NCBI RefSeq assembly: GCF_964194025.1
Contig: NC_134481.1
Span: 23,622,001-23,686,000, forward strand
From: Convolutriloba macropyga
Lineage: Eukaryota
Direction: 5' to 3'
Length of the DNA stretch: 64,000 nucleotides
Shown: positions 55,280-64,000 of the stretch, piece after piece
Position numbering within the stretch: the stretch's first letter is position 1
Layout: each line of letters begins with the position of its first letter
Translations under genes and position numbers: made by a program
Notes under the pieces: generated by a model
Seen by the model: the letters and a program-made list of their open reading frames with translations, nothing else
What the model was told of the DNA's origin: nothing
Database searches by the model: none

Positions 55280-55665
55280 ACCCGCAGATTGTCGGAAAAT
55301 AGCCGCCATTGATTCCCATTACACCCACTGGGATTGAAAAAAGGGAAAAATGAAAATTCATTTTTGTACAAATATATTTTTAAAGTGCCAACTATTTTGA
55401 TGTCAGTCCGTAGTTAGAGGTCATACAGGGGCTAGCATCCACGCCGTAAATCATTAAAGATGGTAAGTAAAGTTCAAGTAGCGGATATCTAAAATTGAGA
55501 TTTATGGGTGTATACCATTTCTGTTCTTGAATTTGTTTTAAGACTCCGTTTAATTTAGATTGCTTTGCTGAGCAACAGCTGTTCAAAAGCGCTTTGCAGC
55601 ATGAGTGAAGAATAGAATAGCCTACTAGCAAACTAGAAGACAAAAAGATTTCACGCAAAAATTTG
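55280..55665 (-). mobile_element. Diverged HINE F1 copy
   Basis: ccgcagattgtcggaaaatagccgcc, and internal tctaaaattg...tttatggg, tgctttgctgagcaac, aagatttcacgcaaaa blocks. Confidence 0.65.
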
Positions 55666-56928
55666 CGACCCTTAATGGGGGTGGAAGGTCAAACTTGAAG
55701 AACTCCACACCGTGGATTCATGTTTCCTAAACGACATCGGTGATTTGCATACTTAAAGACTAGAGACTAGTAAACCATAAGGCTCCAAGAGAACTTAATG
55801 GCCTCCGGGCGGAAAAATTTCCATAGGAGTAATATAATTGCTAATAGCTTTGTTTGAGAGCAATCGAAAAACACCTCTCAAATTTGACTTCAAAAACACT
55901 CGATATGTGTGAACAGATGTTCAAAAAACATAGCCGGAAGACTCAGAGTTGAATTCGACCACAAACTCAGAAAACAACTCACCTAACACGGGAACGGAAG
56001 CAGACTTTTTTGCCGTTTAAAAACTAAATGACTAAATAAATGACTAATAAACACGAACATGAAATCACGCGCTTCAATTGAGACAGCTCGCCAATTCGAA
56101 TTCTTTGGATTAACATTGCCGGAATAGCTGCGAAAGAATAGACTTGTTTCCCGTATAGTAGAGATAGAAACAGATACACATATAAATTGCAAAAGTTACC
56201 AACAACGCTCAAAAAGCTATGTAAAAAATTCAGCGATAAAGTAGTAAACTTGTTAAAAAATCAATGCAGAGAAGCCTTTTCATTGGGATTATTACACATA
56301 TTAAACCCAGTACCTTTATTACACATATGAATTCCTTTGACCTTAAACTAATTCACAATAAACTTTTAAAATTTTAAAATTGCAAGTCATTTTATTCAGT
56401 GAGGTAAGTCACGTATGATCAAAATCTAATCACGCAAAAAAATTTGCTAGATAGAATGAGAAATGACGTCACGCGCGCAAGAGCCCTTAGTGAGAGGAAG
56501 TCATTCAGAACAATTGAATTTTTCAGCTTTGCTGTGTGAGCAAATGTAAAACGAAAGAGCGTCAGACGACGAAACGAAAAAAAATCAAGAGCACCGTAAA
56601 ATAACTACGCTCAGCTTCGCAGCTAAAATAAAAAAAACCGGCAGGTTGCCGGAATAGCTGCGAAAGAATAGACTTGCGTGCCGTATAATCGAGATAGAAA
56701 CAGATACAGATATAAAATGAAAAATTTATTGACACCTCTCAAATAGCTATGTAAAAAACATTCAGCGAAAAATTAACAAAGCTGGTTAAAATTCATTGCG
56801 CGGAAGCCTTTTCATTAGGGACCTTTATCTATATGAGTTCCTTTGACCTTGAAATAATTCAAAATAAACTTCAGTTTTAAAGTGCAAAAGTCAATTTATT
56901 GATAAGTCACGTATGATCAAAATCTAAA

Positions 56929-57321
56929 CATAAACCGACAAATGTCGGAAGAATTGCTCTTGAACGACAGGCGAGGCTGTAGCTGTTAATTCAGGGGCTG
57001 TAGCCTAGATCAATTTTTCTCTATGGGTGCAAAAAATCTTTCTAGTCCGGGATTCGAACCATTGACCTCCCGAACCGTTACCCAAAGCACTTCCAACTGC
57101 GCGATCAGAACCTTATTCTTGCTGTGCTGCAACCAATTTATATTAGCAACAAGCTTTACTTCGGAGTGAGACCAATAGAGATCACTGAAAAATGAAGAAC
57201 GAAAGCGTGAAAAAATCACCTGAGAAGTCACAGAATGTTCTAGAAGAAAAGCGCAAAATTGTCATGCGAAAAAGACACACACGTTTACAATAATTGCCAT
57301 GAACTTCGTTCAAGAGCAATT
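56929..57321 (-). mobile_element. HINE F2 complete copy with tRNA-like cassette (57041-57112)
   Basis: CCGACA-AA-TGTCGG hairpin; 16-bp subTIRs AATTGCTCTTGAACGA / TCGTTCAAGAGCAATT; empty site aatctAAtcacgc at ~56422. Confidence 0.85.
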
Positions 57322-57754
57322 AATCACGCAAATAAGCTGAAAACGTTGGCTAAAGAGAGTGAGAAAGGGCGTCACGCGCGCAAATGCCGTTAGTGAGAGG
57401 AAGAAGTCAATCAGAAAAGTTGACTTCAGCTTTGCTGTGTGAACAAATGTAAAGCAAAAAAAAAGTGTCAGACGACAAAACAAAACAACCAAGAGTACCG
57501 CAATATAGCTCCGCTCGCAGCTATAAAAAAATTCCAAGAGCACTGCAGCATAGCTACGCTCAGCTCAAAGCTTCTCGGCTATCAACACAGACGGCAGATT
57601 GTCAAATTAGCTACCAAATAAATTTTCATAGACTTGATTTGATGTACATTATAGTTAGCAACGGATGCAGAATAAAGTTGGAGCCGCTGGTGCAACGTAT
57701 ACCTTTTTCAAAAAGTAAAACATTTTGAGAAGTTCCTGCACATGAAACGAAAAA

Positions 57755-58111
57755 TGTTGCTAACGTTGAATCAATTGCTCTCGAACGACAAGCGAGGCAA
57801 CTTAATTCAGGGAGTGTAACTTAGAATTTGTTTATGTGAGCAAAAACTACCAACCAGATCGCGGTTCGCACATGCGACCTCGCGTATAGCAGTCTGTCAG
57901 CTTAGCCACTACGCTATTTCAGCTTCGGTACTAAATCCCTTACAATTGATTTTATGTTAGAAGGAGCCTTCAGTTCGGATTGAGAGCAACTGAGATCACG
58001 TATAAATTAATAAGTCAAGCGTGAAAGTCATTTGCGATGGTCACGCAAAAATTTTGCATAAAAAATGTAAACGTTTACAAAAAATGCTTCCAACTGCGTC
58101 CGAGAGTAATT
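57755..58111 (-). mobile_element. HINE F2 copy with tRNA-like cassette (57851-57923)
   Basis: subTIR aattgctctcgaacga; A box TAGCGTAGTGG. Confidence 0.75.
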
Positions 58112-60012
58112 GAAAAATTTTCTTATCTTACCTTGGTCGCCATGTTTTGTCATTAGCATGATCACAAACATTTTGTAGGCGTCCTTTATCGACCTTAAGT
58201 GCTCATGAAAATAAGATAAATTGAGGCAAGCCATTTATGAAAAAAATATCACCGCCTGAAAAAATTCCGCTTGAAACTCACCGCCAATTAGCTTAAATAA
58301 TGACGTCACGAACATCACAGCGACAGAAAAGCGAAATATCAAATTGAAAAGGTCAAAAATTGCTCTTTCTAAGTGTGCGCCGAAAAAATTGGTGACAAGA
58401 AAAAGAGCGCCAGACGACAAAACACAAGCAAACAAGATCACCGTAATAAATCTACTTTCAGATTACAGCTTCGCAGCTATAAAAACGATATGTGAACAGA
58501 AAAGCCAGATGGCGTTCCTGCGATCGGACTTCAGAGAACCAAGCTAATCAGATTGTTTCACTGGCGTCGGTATTAAATGTTCAGAAAACACCTGACCTTG
58601 TATTGGTTGCTATTGGGCTATTTTTGCCGATTTTTGTAACTAAGCGAAATTTTTCAATCAGAAATTTATCTTACGTTTGCATTTGATACGAACAATGCTT
58701 CCCAATTTTTAACCTTATAATAAAAAATATAACGTCGGGCGAAATGCCCTCTAACTACCGGCGAGCGTCAGGCTTCGTCAGTACCTATACATTGTGTAGT
58801 GGGGCTATTTTAGCCTGAGTGAAAGGGCGTGAGGTTAGCGTAATAGACGATGACATCACCCCACATAACAGCCGCTGAAAAGCGGCATCAACAAAATAGT
58901 TAAGGGGAGAGAGAGAGAGAGTGCGAGATAAAACGAGAAAGAGAAGGAAAAACAGCCCAACCAACACACACACATACACACACCGAGAGAGAGAGAAAGA
59001 GAGCTAGGAATAGTTTTCATGATGAGATTCGACTCTGCAACTTTTAGTTTTCTAGCCTTGTTAGTAATTAAATCATGTAGAAAAAACTGAAAGCGCAAAA
59101 TTCAAAACAAAAGTTTCCACATTTCGCAGTGAAGAAAATGTTCAAAAAAATTGTTTCTCGATTTTTTTCATGTAACCCATCTGCAAGACTTGAAAAGCTT
59201 TGTTGGCCACTAATGATACTAATGATCGTTAAACTCATGAGAAAGACAAAAAATTCAAAAATTTTAAAAACAAATGCAAATTTTAAAATCTTGCTAAAAT
59301 TCGTGGTATTATATCTTCAGAACCGTTTCATTGTCTCAAGAGACGATCAAGTATCCCTATTTCAAGCCTTAAACAGTTTCGCTGGCTCATAAAGATCCAT
59401 ACACTTGGAAAAGTAATTTTTCTAAAAGTTTTAAAATTCCATTTTATAAAATTGTCATTAAAATATCGATAACCATTCCCTTAACTCTAGAAACTGTGCA
59501 GCAGCTCACAATCAAACCTCGGAGGAGGTCGCTGGTGCACAAAAAAATTTTAAAAAATTCAAAAAATATTCGAAAAAATTGAAATTGCAAAAAAATTCCA
59601 TTACATCTAAAAACTATAGAGTAGCCTATTATAAAACCCTAGAGCACGCTCCTTGGCTCTGGAGGCTTGATGAACATGAAAAAGGAAAAAAATTAAACAA
59701 AATTAACACAAAAAAAATTGAACAAATTAACAAAATTAAAATTGCAAGTTTTAGAAAAAATCGATAAAATATCGGGTAGGGAAAAACTTGAATAATGACA
59801 AAAAAAATGAAAAAATGCAAGTTTAGTCTTAAAAAATGATAAAATTCACGATGTTAAAAAGTTGAAACCATTCTATTACCACAATAAACTATGCAGTAAC
59901 CTATTATCAAACCCTAGAGTAGGTTCCTTGGCACCTAAGGCTGATAAAACTCAAAAAATTATTACAAATTTGCGTGTTTTTAGCGAGCGGTTGTTTGTCA
60001 ATAGCTAGCCAC

Positions 60013-60138
60013 GGGGGGGGGGGGCAACAGCGGGGTGGGGGGCAACAGCGGGGTGGGGGGGGGGGGGGGGGCAACAGTGCGGTGGGGGGGGGGCAACAGC
60101 GCGGTGGGGGCAATAGTGGGGGGATCAACAGTTGGGGG
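60013..60138 (+). repeat. G-rich minisatellite (Gn-CAACAGC-GGGGT), G-quadruplex-competent
   Basis: Several runs of 4 or more G separated by caacag. Confidence 0.85.
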
Positions 60139-60553
60139 CCTTCAACCTCAAAGAATTTCACCTCTATGGTGATTTCAAATGTAACCTGGTCCACTCGAGA
60201 TCTAATTCGGAGGTTGAAAAATGATGTCTTTCAAGAAGCGGTTAAAAATCAGATTAAACAAACTTAATCTGAAAATGCCGGCAAACGACATACGCAAACG
60301 CCATAATGACGGCAAACGACAATAAAAAGACGGCGCGGCCAACTACGTACGCTTTTAGTTATGAGGTTCAAAATTCAGATCAAAGGCGCTATTTCAGACA
60401 TTTCCTACTCATTTTTGGATCATTCTTAATTTAATGGCCTTTACCTGTACCAATTTTTAAAGTAATAATATAAGCTACACCTCGAGACGAAGAGTAGTAA
60501 ATATGTAAGCTATGAGTAGAGGCTACAAATATTGGCGACTATTTATTATTGAC

Positions 60554-60709
60554 CTGTGATGGTATTTTTGAATACGACAAACTCATCAATGTCACAATCT
60601 TCCGAATCAAGAGGAGTCGTGTAGCTCTCAAGGTTTGTCTCTTCATCGCAAGCCTCGCTGTCTTCGTCATCATACTCGTCACTGTCATCTCCATCAGCCC
60701 CGATTTCAC
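60554..60709 (-). CDS. IPO7: Importin-7/8 family, penultimate coding exon (156 bp, phase 1-1)
   Basis: Acceptor tttttctctatgtcgatgcag; EIGADGDDSDEYDDEDSEACDEETNLESYTTPLDSEDCDIDEFVVFKNTIT matches the acidic loop and ET.LE.Y.T..D.....DE...FK motif of importin-7. Confidence 0.92.
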
Positions 60710-61344
60710 CTGCATCGACATAGAGAAAAATTACATTTTTACTACAATTATGCTAACAATCCTGAAAACACCTGTCGAAGAGTAACCAATCAGGAAGTAT
60801 AACAAATCGCAGCTTTGAAGTTTTAAAGCTCATCAAAAACCCTTTGCAAGTTAACTTGATGCAAAAGACGATTTTACAACATAAATGCCAGATTGTCAAA
60901 AGATAGTCGCAATAGCTTCGTACATCTGCAGTCTCAAAAAAGACAGTAGAAGACCAAAACAAAAACTTCTTGCTATAAATGCTGCGATCATAAATTTTAA
61001 TTAAGAATCTCTAACTTATTGCTGCTTCTATTAGCTGCTCTCAAAAACCCTTCAATTAGAGTGACACGCACTCACTTTACCTTATATCTTCGAATAAAAG
61101 TAAAGAAAAGACAATTTCAGAGTGAGGAAGTCATTTTTGAGAGATCCCTAAGAGTCAAAAATCTCCACTACGAGTCAAAAATCTCCACAATAACTCTCTC
61201 CACTAAGAGTCAAAAATTACGTCACGCACGCAATGCAGTTGAAATTGCATGAACGAATGAACAAAACGCAGATTTGAAGTGATTGTGACGTCATATAATT
61301 GTAACAAAAATCTTGACGACAAAGATTAAAAATTAAAAGAAAAA

Positions 61345-61721
61345 CAAAGCAGGACCAGCCCTGAAACATTCCAAAGAATTTTCATTGACTAAACAAGAAA
61401 TCTAGACCAAGAATAAACAATGGACAGGGAAAATCATTTCGAAAAATTCCAATAAAAAAATCGAAAAACAGCAAAAATAAAACTCAAATTACAGCATGTG
61501 AGCAAAAAGTACAAACGAGAAAGCAAATTTTCGTTTTAAAAAACACGACTTTCCCACTCTACTTTAAAATCAGAGTGGAAAATTAACTCCAAAAAACCAC
61601 TCGCGTCTTCGCTGCACGTCATGTTTCGGTGTGAAAAAAAAACAACTTCAAAAATCATGAAAATGTGAACAAAATTTCAAAAACAGACAGCGCCCCAACA
61701 CAAATCATTCTTTGAACTGTA
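61345..61721 (-). mobile_element. HINE F3 copy
   Basis: caggaccagccctg hairpin, ccaaagaattt, and end ttctttgaactgta; aligns with 35961-36345. Confidence 0.7.
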
Positions 61722-61872
61722 TAAACCACGAAAAGACCAATGATAGCCTCAGATCTCGCCTTGCGGCAACTAAACAAGTGTTGGCAGGTTGGCAGTAAAT
61801 AGATTTGCAGAGGGGCATAAAAAATGATGAAAAACGACCATTTTTTAGGAAAAAAATTAGGTTAATTTCAGG

Positions 61873-61876
<4 letters not shown>

Positions 61877-61914
<38 letters not shown>
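61877..61914. repeat. (AT)n microsatellite
   Basis: Read directly. Confidence 0.98.
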
Positions 61915-61917
<3 letters not shown>

Positions 61918-62053
61918 TCACGCGGTACATGTTTTAAGAAACTTCACAGCACTAACTTTTGAAAAGAATCAGAAAACTTCAATACTCCAATTTTAGAAAG
62001 TAATCATTTTGAGAGAAAGGCACCTCATGTGCAAAACAGAAACATAAAACAAA

Positions 62054-62780
62054 AACCTGCTAGCGTCGAAAAATAGCTCTTGAATGACAGGCGGCCAATT
62101 CAATTCAGGGGCTTTAGCCTCCATACATTTTATTTATAGGTGCGAAACCAGCCGACGGTAGGATTCGAACCGCGACCTCCTGAGTCGGATTCTGTCACCT
62201 CGACTGAGGCATTAACCCCTCTGCTATCAGGGACTTGTCGTCAAGTCTCCAGCAATCGGTTATGTTTTAACAACAAATTTGACATCGGAGAGAGAGCAAT
62301 TGACACCGTTCAAAAATTAAGAAATGCTTGAAAAAGTAATTTGAGAAGTCAATTATTCCAGAAGAAAAACGCAGAACGGTCAAGTAAAAAATTTGCATAA
62401 AAAAGACACACGTTTAAAGTAATTGCTTCTCATTAGAGAGCAATTAAAAACCGACTAACGTCGGACAAATCGCCCTCGAATGACAGGTCGTGACATTAAA
62501 TTCAAGGGCTGCCAAGATAAATTTTTGTTTGTGGGTGCAAAAACATCCGATCAGAGGGTGGGGTTCAAACCCTGACCTCCGGAGCATTCCTCAGAACCAT
62601 TCACCGCTCCACTATCAGACCCTTCGAGTCCCCTCTGCTACAATCGCTTTACTTTAGCAACTAACTTTAGTTCAGAGCGAGAGCAATTGAGATCGCTCAC
62701 AAAAGAAGAGAAGCGTGAACGAATGTTCTAGAAGAAAGCGCAAATGGTCAAGCAAAAAATATTTAAATTTTGCATTAAAA
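62054..62780 (-). mobile_element. Two head-to-tail HINE F2 copies with tRNA-like cassettes (62150-62234 and 62549-62622)
   Basis: subTIR variants at ~62072 and ~62468; ccgac-taac-gtcgg hairpin; B boxes GGTTCGAATCC and GGTTTGAACCC. Confidence 0.78.
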
Positions 62781-63199
62781 AACAGCCGGTAGAATACCTG
62801 AAACGACTCCTAGAGTCATGCAATAAAATTTGTAACTTTTAAGTATCCCTAACTCAGAAATATCAAAATAGAAAGAAAAGGCATTATATACTTAGAAACA
62901 ACCAATTCCTAGTTATGTGGGTAGGTGTGTGTTGGTTGTCGGGAGGTGAGGGAAGGTTGACAAGTAGGCGGTTAGTCAGCAGTTTAGATAGCTGGGCGGG
63001 ACTTATGGAATCAAAAATTCTCCATTCATGGAAAACTCTCCATTCAAAACTTCTCAATTCATGGAATCAAAAATGACCATTTCAACTTGAATATTACCCG
63101 CAGTTCCTATTTACTATACAATACTAACTAGGCTTCTGTTGAAGTCCAGTGTTCAAAAACAGAAGTCAAAGTTCTACATGAGAAAAAAGAGAGGTCAAT

Positions 63200-63701
63200 G
63201 TCCAGGCATACCTGGCATATTGCTGCCTTGATTTCTATAACGATTGGGATTGAAGGAACAGAAAAAAAAGATTAAAATTGCCTGTTGTACAAAAACGGTT
63301 TCAAAGTGCGAACTATTTTGATTGGACCCCGTAGTTAAACAAACACTCTTGTTTCCTGACGAGAGGATGCAGGGGCGACTATCAATGCCAAAATGCAATT
63401 TAACTAATCCTTTTACGAACAAAGTTCAAGTAGAGGGCATCCAAAAATGGTCTTTATGGTTTTATCCCGTTTCAACTTCTGATGTCCTATTTTATACTCC
63501 ACTGATTTCAGATCCCTTCGCCTGCTATGTGAAAAACTATGAGCAGGATGAGCGAAGAATGAAACTAGCCTAGAAATGTCAAAAAATATTTCATTCAAAA
63601 TGCAGAATAAGCTGTGAATTAAGGAAAAGCGAAAATTTTGTTCAATTAAGTTTAAAAAAGGAGCGCTATAACAGCCGGCTGAGAAACTGAGGGCGGCTAT
63701 T
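63200..63701 (-). mobile_element. Diverged HINE F1 copy
   Basis: End ggagcgctataacagccggctgagaaactgagggcggctatt; internal blocks match 29040-29450. Confidence 0.7.
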
Positions 63702-64000
63702 AATGACAAAACAGCCCACAGATTGGTGGAATAGCTCTTTTAACATTGAGCGTATTCACTACATCGAGTAATCCAATGAGTGCAAGAATTTAAAATCTAT
63801 TGCGTTGAAACAGCGAGTGAGGTAAGTCACTAGTTAAACGTGAAAATCGTGAATTATCTAAAACCGATAAAGTCATCAAAAGGTGTGAAATAAATAATAT
63901 AGCAGGACAAGTCCTGAATTACAATCCAAAGAACTATAAAACAAAGAACCTTGACCAACAAAAATTAAGAAATAGGATAAGAGTTTCACTTTTAAAAATA

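Larger units (their letters stand above)
56110..58482 (-). mobile_element. Tandem run of HINE family F4 copies (subTIR ATAGCTGCGAA / TTCGCAGCTA) with two nested F2 copies
   Basis: gccggaatagctgcgaaagaatagacttg at ~56118 and ~56648; tcgcagcta ends at ~56626, ~57523 and ~58479. Confidence 0.65.
27992..60553 (-). other. IPO7: 32,562-bp phase-1 intron of importin-7
   Basis: GT at 60553-60552 and AG at 27993-27992; the splice G|CG gives Ala and joins FKNTIT-A-IRDSNP in frame, collinear with importin-7. Confidence 0.85.

Noticed and set aside
59907-60267. Gly-rich or Pro-rich proteins
   Set aside because: Translations of a G-rich minisatellite
1-64000. CRISPR array or prokaryotic operon
   Set aside because: Spliceosomal exons and eukaryotic transposons throughout; no regular repeat-spacer array

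Overview
AT-rich, repeat-dominated animal (probably invertebrate) genomic DNA. The only host gene I can support is the 3' end of importin-7/8 on the minus strand. Its penultimate coding exon (60554-60709) splices across a ~32.6-kb transposon-filled intron to the last coding exon (27720-27991). Downstream lie two complete but defective LTR retrotransposons: a BEL/Pao element (6045-14618, +, 149-bp LTRs, TSD CTTAC) and a Mag-like Ty3/gypsy element (15801-22605, -, TSD AGGCC). Two Merlin-like MITEs with 8-bp TSDs sit at 26095-26473. The intron holds a broken env-bearing gypsy-like element with a possible accessory ORF, a CR1/L2-group LINE bracketed by a 560-bp direct repeat, a second LINE fragment and two 2.2-2.4-kb tandem duplications. 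Across 24-64 kb there are many nested non-autonomous elements with DINE-1/HINE (Helentron) end architecture, in at least four families and all in one orientation. The most unusual family (F2) carries an internal tRNA-like Pol III cassette (A box, B box, oligo-T terminator) whose central arm differs greatly between copies while the flanks are conserved. Everything was read by eye, so identities and the coordinates of degraded repeats are approximate.
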